The notes below the pieces were generated by a model that was not told the DNA's origin, ran no database searches, and was given only the letters and a program-made list of their open reading frames with translations. Shown here piece by piece: positions 1-11,616 of a stretch of DNA of 64,000 bases; the stretch's first letter is position 1; every line of letters starts with the position of its first letter. The DNA comes from Anthoceros angustus (taxonomy: Eukaryota; Plantae; Anthocerotophyta), in NCBI GenBank assembly GCA_010909165.1, contig VJWM01000025.1, forward strand, positions 558,001 to 622,000. The letters are read 5' to 3'. A program made the position numbers and the translations under genes.

Positions 1-2299
1 GAAACGCCAGGAGAAGACTCCAGATGGAGAGGCAGTTGCAGGAATTGTGGTCGAAGTGGTATTCGCAGGGTTTGAAGATGAGGCGCCGAGAGTTACGCCG
101 CAGCGCCTGAGGTCGTGGATGCGCAGGTGTGCTCGAGGAGGCCGCCGCCCACCGAACAAAACCCGCCAGTCAGGCTAGGATGCCACCTGAGCCTGCGGAG
201 CCAGCCATGGAGTCTAGGCAGCGAGGGTATGGCAACCTCCACTCCGAGAAAACAGCAACCTAGCTGCAGGTTCAGGCTGCGGGCATGCAAAAAACGCATC
301 GGCAAAGGCGCTAAGGGTTGAGGGAGCTCATGTGGTCGGCATCGCCATCTCGGGTGTCGTCCGGCGGGTCTACGGAGAGGCCCCTCTCGGAGAGGATGGC
401 TTCAAGCCTGTCGCACGCTCCAGGCTGAGGATCTCACTGTAGATCTGCGGGGACTTGTGCTTGGCTGCAGCGAGCCGCTTGCGCCAATACTCCAGGGCGG
501 CTTCCTTCTCCTCCTCCGTGAGAGCGAGGCCGGGGCTGCTATGTCTGACTCCGGGTTCTCCGAGTCACAGGCAGGTCGATAGGTGCACCACAAGCGCAGG
601 CAGCGGCGGGTTTAGGGCCATGGCCGCTTGCGCCGCTCAGACGCCCGCTCTCGCTCAGTGGCGCTCTCTCGTGCGAGGTGTCCCGTGCAAAGCAATTGTT
701 GATCTCGGTTCCGCAAGGCTCAAGATGGCGGTACGCCTAACTGCTCTTCCAGTGTCGACAGGTGGCGGGGCTCCACGAGCCAGGTGTCGACGAGCACGTT
801 CTCGCAGATGTGTGTTCGAGATCGACGCGCGCGTGATCCGCGCCACATGCCTACCGCATCGCAAGGTTGCGTGTTTGATTGCAAGGCATCGGCATGATTC
901 GGTGAGCTCCTTCCTACAAGCTTGCGCCGCTTCAGAAAACACTGGTGCCATTTGAGATCTCCCGTTTCCTGTGCAGGTTGGTGAGGCTGGGAGATCGAGG
1001 CTGTGGCCTCAAAATAAGGTGTGACGACAGCCACTGTGCTCGCCGTTGGCTTCTGATCCCTCTTGCAGATCAAAGCTTCCAAATTGCTGTATCAAAATGG
1101 ATATTTGGGCTTTGAGCAGAGATTTTGAGAGAATCACCGTGAGGGCCTCGATTCTCGCCGCTTGAACTGTGAGCATCAACTTCGCATCCACGATTGGAGG
1201 ATGATGGTGGTGTTGGTGTCTTGGCAGTGTGTGACCGATTGAATTCCTTTTATGTCGCCTATGATTATGTAAGGTGGTCCTAGAGCTGCTAACGCAAACC
1301 CGGTCGCTTGGATGTAGAGGTGAGAAGCTGATGTTAGGGACCCACCATCAAGGAAAACGCAATTTTGCCCTTCCTCGCCAGTTCGCTTGCGACGAAGCTA
1401 AAGTAGCTTCGCTCCGTTTCTCGATTGCTGTTCGAGGCATTTTCAAATGCCGTTGTTCCGCATAGTTTATCTAGCGATGCATGGAAAATTAGGTTGATCT
1501 AGCATCATTAGGAACAATTTTTCGTGAGGGCTGCTAGACTAATCGTGATGCGCAGTGTGGATGTTTTAGAACACACGCCAGCATCCATATTCGTAGGGTG
1601 CCGACGTGTTTGTAAAACATTTCAACACAAGATCATTACCATAAAATAAATTTTTCGGACTAAAATATATAAGGAGGAGTATAATATCTAAGCAAAAATG
1701 CAAGAGCATTTCTTAGATGCTATACCCTCTCCTGTTGCTCTAAGGACAAAATATTGACTCGATACCATGACAATATTCTAGAGATGCTAGAAGATGCGCA
1801 TAAGAGCAAACTTGTCATAGAGAAAACAAGACAATATATTAAGTGATCAAAAGAGTGTCTTATATACATAAGTTGTTTAACTCTAAGTGACCTTTCATTA
1901 TACAACCCTAATTACTTAACCCGTGACCGTGGTTATATATATACAACCCCAATGGGTCATCCTTGGGTTAACACATCGGCCACTAGTCCGCTGCTCACCA
2001 AATCAAAGAACTCCTCCTCTACATTGAGATCGCTTGCCATTGCTCGTGACTAGTGAAAACGCAATTGTTGAGAACGCCTGTGTGCTCGAGGAGGAGACCA
2101 AGATTGCCTCACTCAACATCATGTATAGATGCCTCTGTCGGACCGCATTGATTATTGACAATTAGGACGGATATCTACTTTGCGGCTACAAATCATGGCG
2201 CTTGAGGATCCTTAAATGCATTCACAGATTAAGTAGAATCGAGGAGCCCGAGATTTTGCAATAGAAATTGAGTTTTGCCAGCGGCAAAACTAGGCATAT

Positions 2300-5200
2300 T
2301 CCATAAAATATGCTTTATTCTTTGTTTAGCCAGTGTCCTCGCTCGAAACATGGCGGAACGGCTATGCTACGCATCAACCCCAATTTGCGATTCCACCTCA
2401 TTTGGCTACGGCTAGTGGAGATCGTTCACTGTCCGCTCACACTGTGCCATCCACTCCGACTGGAAAGGTGGCGCGAAAATATTGCGAGGAGATGCATATA
2501 GCGGCACCAAAGGTTCACTCAAGTATTTTGGTAACCGTGGTGGTATTCACCACTTCCATATCGGAGGTTCATATCGCGCCGAGGAGTCGGTGGATTTGAG
2601 GATCATTGGCGCTTCATCCTCACCGGTTGTCCGTGATTCAAGAGGAGGGTATCAAGGTAATATGAAGTGTGCTACTTGGCCCATATAATCCATAGTGCGT
2701 GATGCCTCATTGCTACTTGGTTTGTGTTTTGATGGCACTTTACTCAAGAAGCGGAGTAAAGGTGTTGAGCAGACGGCCAACCGCTGAGAAGAAACGGGTT
2801 CGGGAAGGCCGGGCGATTCACAGAGGCCCCTGAACATTGTCACAGTCCGGACTCAAGACCTCCAAGACCCATAGCCAAGGTAATGCACTTTCCTCTCAGA
2901 CCAAGACCAGATAGCCTCAAGCCCCGACCCCACCGCCGTCCGAGTATACTCAGCTGCGATCCGGACTTTTGACCCCGTGGCTTGCCAGCCGGAAAGTGTG
3001 AGAGAGGAACTGTTGCAGGGGTTGCGTAACAATGATGGACACAAAGTGTTCCACAAAGTGTTGCACCGAATTTGCTTAGAAGGAATCAGGCAAACCGTTG
3101 GTTCGAGCATGTCCGGCCGATTGAACCCAAGAGTCGCGAGAGTAGGAGTGGGTCTGGGGCACCGGCTTTCCCGCTAATGCATCTCGAAGCAACCAAGCAT
3201 TGCATTTCTGAAGGAACCCAAGGCATCGAGGAAGCATGTAGTCCAACCCAACAATGCAAATTGAAAGCAACCAACAAGGCAAGCAACTGACATCGCTGCG
3301 GAAGAGGCATCCCAACAATGCTTCTTCAATACCACACATCGATGGGGATCCAGCAGCCGCTTTGCTTCGCCGTGGTGTCCATGATACTACCGCCGGCACC
3401 GGACGTCCTGTTTCACTGTGGCGGACTTGGTGAGCCACTTCCATTTTACTCAAGGTAGTCCGACGGTGTGAGGAGGACGCCCAGACGAACCCGAGGACAC
3501 CGAGGGCTTTATGGATGGCATTCTACCATGTGGAGGACGAAGATGCAGCTTGGAGGAAGTCAAGGTGGGTGGAAGAGGAGGAGGAGAATCAAGAAGAGGC
3601 GATGAGCGATGACCTCGGATATTATCCTGCACGTGATGGTTCACAGCGTCTGGGGCTGCTCGATCGCAGGAGGGTGCAGTGCAGGCCTTCACAAAGGGGA
3701 AATGTGAAGAAAGGGGGAAAGAGGAGAGGCCCTGCAGATGGCAAACACATTCCGGAAAAGGGACAGTGCGGCGGTAGCAGGAAAGCCAAGAAACCCAGGG
3801 CAAGACGGGAGAAGCCTGGAATTGTGGAGGAGGAGGAGGAAGAGGATCCACCGCTGCCAAGGTTTGTGGAGAGAGCTAAGGACAGCGCGGTCGCCACTGA
3901 CGATGATAGGCTCGCTGCCATAAAAGCAGATGCAAGTCGGGACGTCGAAAGGGACGGTATTGCTATCAAGAGAGTCTGGGAGTCTACCTTGAAGTTGCCA
4001 ATCAAGTCGCACTTCAAGATCGTGAGGCCTAAGGTGAGGAAGCCGGATCTCGCGTGGGTAGAGGCTTTGATGCGAAGATGAAACACCGCCCATGGGTAGT
4101 GTGCCGCCAATGGTTGTGGTTGTCGACCCTCGCAGTGTCCTCACAAAGAGAACTTTGACGTTGAGAAGGTGGATGAGGGCTTTACAATTTCTTCGTCTTG
4201 GGAGGGAACCATTCCTTCCGTGCAAGGTCCCGCTCGATCACTCAATGAAGGAAGAGTTCAAGTGGATGGATGCATATGTGCTAGGGACTCACGAGGACGA
4301 GATGAGGATCGTAGCTAGACCACAACACCATCGCAGATGCCGGAAGACATTCACCTTCATGGACAGTGGTACGTTACATCGTAAGTGAGTTGATGCGTGA
4401 GAGCGAAGGGCTTGAAGTGCGATGTAGACTGAAGTCGGATGTATATGCCCGCCAGGCGGGATCCCCAAGTGGGATGCGCAGCATGGTGTTCAGATCACCG
4501 ATGGGGATCCAGCCTTCGCTTTTCCGCGCCCAAGCCGGTGGTGTCCATGATACTACCGGCACCGGACGTCCTGTTTCACTGCGGGCCCAGACTTGGTGAG
4601 CCACTTCCATTTTACTCAAGGTAGTCCGACGGTGTGAGGAGGACGTCCGACAACCCGAGGACACCGAGGGCTTTGGATGGCATTCTACCATGTGGAGGAC
4701 GAAGATGCAGCTTGGAGGAAGTCAAGGTGGGTCGGAAGAGGAGGAGGAGAACTCAAGAAGAGGCGATGAGCGATGACCTCGGATATTATCCTGCACGTGA
4801 TGGTTCACGGGGCTGCCTGGATCGCAGGAGGGTGCAGTGCAGGCCTTCATGGGAAATTTGAAGAAAGGGGAAAGAGGAGAGGCCCCGCAGATGGCAAACA
4901 CATATCTAAAAGGGACAAAGGGCGTAGCAGAAAGCCAAGAAACCTGTGGCAAGACGGGAGAAGCCTCGGAATTGTGGAGGAGGAGGAGGAAGAGGTTCCA
5001 CCACGCCAAGGTTTGTGGAGAGAGCTAAGGATGCCGCCATCGATGATGATAGGCTCACGCCATAAAAGCGATGCAAGTCGGGACGCCGAAAGGGACGGAA
5101 TTGCTATCAAGAGAGTCTGGGAGTCTACCTTGAAGTTGCCAATCAAGTGTTGCAGAACCCCCGAAGATCTGTGAGGGCCTAAGGTGAGGAAGCTGGATCT

Positions 5201-7604
5201 CGCGTGGGTAGAGGCTTTGATGCAGAAGATGAAACACTGCCCCTGGGTAGCTGGTGTGCTGCCAATGGTTGTGGTTGTCGACCGCAGTGTCCTGACAAAG
5301 AGAACTTTGACGTTGAGAAGGTGATGAGGGCTTTACAATTTCTTCGTTTGGGAGGGAACCATTCCTTCCAAGGTCCCGCTCGATCTACCCAATGAAGGAA
5401 GAGTTCAAGTGGATGGATGCATATGTGCTAGGGACTCATCGAGGACGAGATGAGGATCGTAGCTACGCATCACAACACCATCGCAGATGCCGGAAGACAT
5501 TCACCTTCATGGATGGTACGTTACATCGTAAGTGAGTTGATGCGTGAGAGCGAAGGGCTTGAAGTGCGATGTAGACTGAAGCTGGATGTATATGCCCGCC
5601 AGGCGATCCCCAAGTGGGATGCGCATGGCCCCAAGGTTCAGATCACCGATCGGTGGACAACCGGACACTTGATTATCGCGTGGCGAAGGTTGATGAAGAA
5701 GTGTGGAGGTATGTGGACGAGATATTTGAGAAGTGGGAATGTAAGCGCTGAACAAATAGATGCGCCGAGCCCTAGCCGCCAAACAAACAAAGGCTGAGGG
5801 AAGACAAGGCCAATCACTGCCTGCGAGACCTTGTAGTCATAGAGGTTAAAGATGCGGATGTGCCAGTGAGAGTGTGGAAGTGCTTTCAAGGGATTGAACA
5901 TTCGGCAGCAACAACAATTTGAAGACAGATGCATGAAGGTCTTGTCTGGGAAATGAGTTTACGCAAATGCGTGATTGGGTGGAGAAAGCCAAAAATCGAA
6001 CCTCATTCACGCTACACTTGCGAAGAACCCGAATTGTAGACGCTTTGAGCAGTTAGGAGCGTATCCTCAATACAGCACTGTGGACCAGATCAGCAACTTC
6101 CAACCGGCTTTCAAAAATATGGTAAGTGTGAACCCGAGCAAGTATGGAATGTCCACACCGGACGGCCGGTGCTTGTCATATGTTTGATTTCTAAGTATGC
6201 TGGTGGGCATCCGATTTGTTTTACTGGGCGCACTGAACGCTTGCGGCCCATGTACACTCCCATATGCCCATGAACACTCATGGTTGATGGTTTTTGCCTT
6301 GGTGCAGAGCCAATGCTTGCCTAACGTGGAGTGCACTCGAGAGTTTCAAGGAACATGTGTTGAAGGCCAAAGCATGGAAGATTATGGCGATGAGCAGCTG
6401 AGCTGCCGGAGACCTCCCGATAAGTTGAAGACGATCGAGATGCTTCCGGAGATCATGCGTGATAGGAATAATATGTGGTAACATCGTGAGAATGGCTCGC
6501 TTTTGTGGAACCCCGTCCGCTTGCCCTGCTCCTATTGGACTTGCCACGAGGGTTGCATCCGGATGCCAACTCCAAGGAGTATGACACGCGATTCACCGAT
6601 GAGTTTGAAAATATCATATTGCAATGTGGCATCACGACATCGAGGTATTTCGCGGCCGTGGTATTTCATTCCCGATGACATGTCCATGGTACGGAGGTTT
6701 TGCTTGCAGCTTGTAAAGGAGTGTCACTGCTTCCGCACAAAACTAATGTGAAAGCGTTGCAATGCATGTCAGATGATGCAGGGATTATATCACCACGGGC
6801 TGGATCGTTGAAGGATTGTGTGCCACAACATTTCACTCACGCCTTCAATGTATGAATGATGGCACAGGTTGACAACCCGCTTTGAGGAGAAGGTCATGGA
6901 ACATAAGTGTTATAACACAGATGATAGGGTAGTTTCCATACCGAAGCCTATCGTTGTTGAGGAAGTTGATGGAGCCGCATACGCGTGGAAGGCGAGTGGG
7001 TCCCGGATGGGTGTGCGCTGGATCGTGTATGGTAGCCGCCTCGCGGACGCAACGTGATATCGTGAGACGAGATCCCAGCAGCTCAATTCATGGACCTCCG
7101 CCTCAATACTTTAGAGAACTGCCAAGCGAGGAGGAAGAGTTGGGAGAGGTTGAAGGCTACGCGGGGCCTAAGACGTTCACCAAAGAACCGATGATGAACA
7201 ATGTGGCAAGGGGCCGGGGCTGTTTTGTGGATCTCAAGCGCCACGCAATCGGAAAGCATTCTACACCCAGAGGTGTGACAGATCCTTCCATGTCTTGTGC
7301 TGTGGGCGGTGTGGCGACAGTTGCAGTTGACAAAGGTAATAGGGAGCCTGGGGCTAACAGTGGCGAGTTTTGGGCACAGGAACATAGTGCTACAGCTCTC
7401 GGGGGCGGCGATGGACAAGGTCACCTTCCCTTGGACACGACCACTAAGGACTATGATCCATTGGTTCACTCCCCTACCATGGATAGGCTGCACAGCCCGG
7501 AAAAACCTGGGGCATATGAACCTAATGTTTGTGAATCTCGGATCACCGGGTGGGCGATTGGTAATGCCCGCAACTGCTCGGTTCGACTCAAAGATCGCTG
7601 GTGA
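2300..7604 (+). pseudogene. Degenerate, unassigned long coding region (possibly TE-associated protein)
   Basis: Chain of protein-like plus-strand ORF fragments (3515-4081 acidic/basic low complexity; 4092-4388; 5450-5797; 5975-6187; 6503-6751; 6869-7057) that can be joined across frameshifts. No family recognised; boundaries approximate. Confidence 0.3.
3340..5650. repeat. Direct tandem duplication, 2 x ~1.15 kb
   Basis: cgatggggatccagc starts at 3340 and 4499; both copies share the EAMSDDLGYYPARDG...IAIKRVWESTLKLPIK...MRALQFLRLG sequence; junction at 4499-4502 has 4-bp microhomology CGAT. Confidence 0.95.
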
Positions 7605-8586
7605 GACGACGCATGGAGAGGTGTCCGCCACTGGTGAGCACAAACACCGGACAACCGGTGTTGAGGCTGGATCAGAGTTGTCGCTGTCCGGTTGTGTCCT
7701 GGTGATGACCGTCAACCCGAGTGCATGTTCTCGTGTGCTTGTTTTCAGCTGGATTGCAAGCATACGATTTTGCGCTTTGTTCTTTGTCGCCATTGAATGT
7801 TGAGGCGTGATGCTACCATAGCGGGCCCATGATCACCCTTGCAATAAGAACCCTGCCCCGCTTTCGCCATAACCCGTAAAATAGCCTGAAAACTGCCGAC
7901 TGTCAAACTCCTCCCACATTCCGCGTATTGACATCATGGCATTTACAAACTACCAGCAGCACTGGCTGCTACCTGATGGCTATACGCACTGAAGCATTGA
8001 GCATGTTAGGCCAGTGGGCATGGATTATGTCGCTTAGCAGGTGAGGTTCAGAAATGACGTTCAACACATCCAAACGTCGGTGCCTCAGGGGACTTTCGAG
8101 AGCACGCTGGAGAATGCAAGCCGCACGGCCTCCGTACTTTCATGTCATGTTTCGCAACATAGAAATGACTGCCACTATCCAGGGCAACCCAACACTTGAC
8201 TTGCGCTGGAGTCGAAGTTCACTGATGAAGCCGCATTCACCGGATATCCACGGTCATAGAATTACAGTGATGCGGCATCCACCTTTTGTTGTTTACCGTT
8301 CATGCATGCAACCCTTCAAACCCGTTATGTCGTCATTTTGAAATTCATGATGTCCATATGACTACATGGCTTGTTACATTTGGTTTCCATCTTCGACTGT
8401 AACCATTTTGTGGTGGGTAATTAGGGGATTGTGTTACCTTAAAAAAAAACCATAATAGGTAAAACCCTCAAAAAACATGGTTTCATTCTTCACTTCGGAC
8501 TTTCACACTTAACGTTTTGGCCAAAGTTTTGAAAACGTGACAAAGCCCGGTTTTCCATCGTCAAACCCCAAATTTCACACCCTCAA

Positions 8587-8614
8587 AAGTAGAGACGAGG
8601 AGTCGTCTCTACTT
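8587..8614. repeat. Perfect 12-bp stem hairpin (aagtagagacga-ggag-tcgtctctactt)
   Basis: Read directly; lies where recognisable copia sequence begins. Confidence 0.9.
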
Positions 8615-8625
8615 CTTAGGAGACC

Positions 8626-10310
8626 TTGTTTCTAGAGCCTTTAGCACCAGCACATGATCCCATAGAAGAATCCTTGGACGAACAACCACTACGTCGTTCA
8701 GAACGGGTAAGAAAACCCATCAATGAGTGGAAGTGGAGAGGTGAGTTTGTTGCTTCCACTTCTCAAGACATAGCACTTAGTATAGCAGCTTCCCTAGGAG
8801 AACCAGCCACCTATAGAGAAGCTATTGACGGTCCGAATCTTCCCGGAAGAAGGCCATAGAATGTGAATACAAGTCCTTACTTCAAAATAATACTTGGAAG
8901 CTAGTGCCTTTACCTGCTGGTAGGAAACCCATAGCATGTAAATGGGTCTTCAAAAAGAAACTCAACACCGATGGCACCATAGGGAGGTATAAAGCTCGCC
9001 TTGTGACCAAAGGTTATAGTCAAGTGCCTGGCCTAGATTACAATGAAACTTTCTCGCCTGTTGTCAAATCCACCTCCATCAGAATCCTCCTAGCCGTTGC
9101 TGCCCACTACAATCTTCTAGTGCACCAACTTGACGTGAAAACTGCCTTTTTGAATGGACTCTTAGAAGAAGACATTTATATGTCTCAACCAGAAGGATTT
9201 GAGGTGGACAATGACAGAGTATGCAAGTTACTAAAAACTTTGTAAGGCCTCAAGCAGTCCTCTCGTGCTTGGAATGAGGTTTTCCATGAATTGCTGATGG
9301 AGCTTGGTTTCATATGTTTGGATGCTGACAATAGTGTCTACCTATTATGTGATGGAGCTGACTTCCTTATTTTGGCAGTCTATGTTGATGATAATATCCT
9401 TCTCAGCACTTCTGCTAGCTTGATGAATAAGGTTAAGCAAGTTCTACTTTCTAGATTCGAAATGACAGATCTAGGAGAGCTCACTTTCTCTTTAGGGGTC
9501 CAGTTCCACTTCAACAACAAAGATAGTACTATAGATATACATCAAGAGCACTTTGTGCACCAGCTCTTGCAGAGGTTCAATATGGCGGATGCTCCATCTC
9601 TACCCCCATGAGTGTAGGAGAGAAAGCTCTCATTGGCAATGTCCTAGTTTAGAAGCGAAAAACTTGAAATGGCTACTAAGCCATATAGGCGGTATGGGGT
9701 CACTCATTTACTTGTCAAACCGGACCCGACCGATATAACGAGAGTCGAGGTATCGCCCGGTTCTAGAAAACCAGCCTTGCTCAATCGGACGGCAGTGAAG
9801 AGGATTTTTCGATATTTGAAAGGTACTTCAAGGAAGGGATTGCGGTTTAGTAGGCATAAGGATGGTCTTCAACTCACGACCCTCTGCGATGCGTGGTGAC
9901 CAGACACGGAAGAGTGTGGCAAAGATATTGTATGTTTCTTGGAGCATCTCCGATATCTTGGTCTTCTAAGAAGCTGAACACCATCTATCTATCATCTACG
10001 GAGGCAGGGTATGGGGCCATGTTGAGCTGCCAAGGAAATTTTATGGGTCGAAGTTTCTTGGCAGCCTACGACAACTCCAACCAGGCCCTACTCAATTGTG
10101 GTGCGACAACCACCTATTGCCTTGTCCAAAAATCACATATTTCATGCGAGATCAAAACACATAGAGATCTCTCATCATTTTATAAGCGGTTGTGGACGAA
10201 GGAGGTAAGTGTGTCTTATGTTCCTACAAGTGAAAATCTGAGACTTGCTTACGAAGGCCTTGACCAAGACAGTTCATGAGAAACATGTCATTGCTATAGG
10301 TGTGTGTGAT
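8626..10310 (+). pseudogene. pol: Copia pol fragment (reverse transcriptase + RNase H), frameshifted
   Basis: ORFs 8904-9245, 9291-9611, 9669-9899 and 9893-10279 carry RVT_2 and RNase H motifs in order. Confidence 0.9.
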
Positions 10311-10786
10311 ATTCCTTCAGTAGAAAAGGAGGGAAAAGCTCACTAGAATTTTCCTACTCTTGTCACCCAGTGGGAGCTGATCACTAGAATTTCCCTTCTC
10401 TTCTCACTGGTTGTTTTGAGTCCTTTTTGTACCTTGCTGCACCTCAGCCTTTAGAGTTTCCCTGTAAGTACACAGATTCTTGTACATTTGAGACAACAAA
10501 GGCCACTATGGAGCTTGAAGTCCAATCATGTAGAAGAGGATTGGAGCAATGACGAACATACTGGTGACTGCACCGAACCTGGAGGAGCGCAAGCGCAAGA
10601 CTGTGAAGATGTTCTCTTTCTATTAATGTTTTCCTTCAGCATGTGTGGTACAGAATGAGTCTTGGTGCACATGTGATTATGAACTCAAGCATGAGGAATC
10701 ATTCCTTTTTAGCTTAAGGGCTTAAATGCCATTAGCTACAAGTTCTAGTATGTACAGTTCTATTCCAAATGCTCACTAAGTGGGAG

Positions 10787-10990
10787 TATTGGGATTTACA
10801 TTCTGGTAATCATGCAGTTGAAGCATGTTACAAATGTAGTTCCGGTAGTTAGCATTTCCAGTTAGAACAGTTAGAACAGTTACCACTCCTATGCTATTTA
10901 AGAACATGATGTTACCTTACTTGATAATCAATGACAAATCTGTTCTTCTGTAGATTCTGTGCTCTCTCTTGCCATCTCCTGTGATCCACA
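10787..10990 (+). repeat. Putative 3' LTR of the plus-strand copia
   Basis: Starts immediately after the PPT (TATTGGGA, one change from TGTTGGGA); a plausible end is GATCCACA at 10990 (alternative end TAGCA at 11020). No 5' LTR is available to confirm. Confidence 0.5.
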
Positions 10991-11554
10991 GATAGCAGAA
11001 TGCAGCTATCGCTAATAGCATTAGTTTTCGCTTTGCGCAGCACACATTTAAATAAGGAGGGAACTTTGGAACGCAGCAGTTTGGGTAGCGGCGAGGAGGC
11101 ACCTTCCAAGCAGTCAAAAGAGAGCGAGGGGGTGGGAAATTGTTTTGTTCAGGCTTGCATTGCAATGGGCACGCAGATTTGTTCTCCCATGATTCTATCA
11201 CGGCACCTCTCCAGACACAGACAAGGCAAGGCAGTTGCCCATCACTACGTCATCCAGACCCCTTCGTCAGCGAATGCAGCGCGCAGGCCTTCAGAAGACA
11301 AGCAAAGAGAACAGGGTCAGCCAGAGTCAGCTCCTCCAGACAGGCGTCATGCTTGTCTTCTAATGAAGGTGATAGCGGCCATACGAATTCACAAACCCCG
11401 GTGACGTAGTTTCGCTCTGAAGTGCCGCTGATCGAGAGCAGGACGGCCATCAGCGCACGGCAGGTGGGACTTCTTAGCTCTTAGAGCAGCTCAGACTCTT
11501 GACAATTTTTGCAAGATCCTCGAGGATGGAGTTGGTTTGGAAGTTTGCGGAAAC

Positions 11555-11616
11555 CTCCATGGAACCTGCTGCTACTGCCAGAGCTTGGGCGCTCCAGGGA
11601 ACCTGCTGCTACTGCC
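11555..11616. repeat. Short direct repeat, ~25 bp core with 37 bp period (present in all units)
   Basis: ctcca(t/g)ggaacctgctgctactgcc at 11555 and 11592. Confidence 0.9.

Larger units (their letters stand above)
8615..10990 (+). mobile_element. 5'-truncated Ty1/copia LTR retrotransposon (IN-RT linker, RT, RNase H, PPT, 3' LTR)
   Basis: Linker PLRRSERVRKP and EPATYREAI; RT motifs CKWVFKKK, RYKARLVTKGYSQVPGLDYNETFSPVVK, HQLDVKTAFLNG, LYGLKQ-like and VYVDD; RNase H ISWSSKK, LSSTEAGY; PPT aagtgggag at 10778-10786. Confidence 0.9.

Noticed and set aside
1-1250. GC-rich minus-strand ORF fragments (WEALICKRDQK-like, EEAALEYWRKRL) suggesting retrotransposon gag
   Set aside because: No convincing gag, zinc-knuckle, PBS or LTR motif could be pinned down; left unassigned.
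1981-2055. CACTAGTC...GACTAGTG inverted repeat resembling CACTA ends
   Set aside because: Only 8 bp, 75 bp apart, with no TSD or subterminal repeats; compatible with chance.
8587-8625. Helitron 3' end
   Set aside because: A hairpin is present but not followed by a canonical CTRR terminus, and no RepHel motifs are seen upstream.
10310-10780. Possible extra or env-like ORF between RNase H and the PPT
   Set aside because: Only short interrupted frames; treated as 3' UTR.
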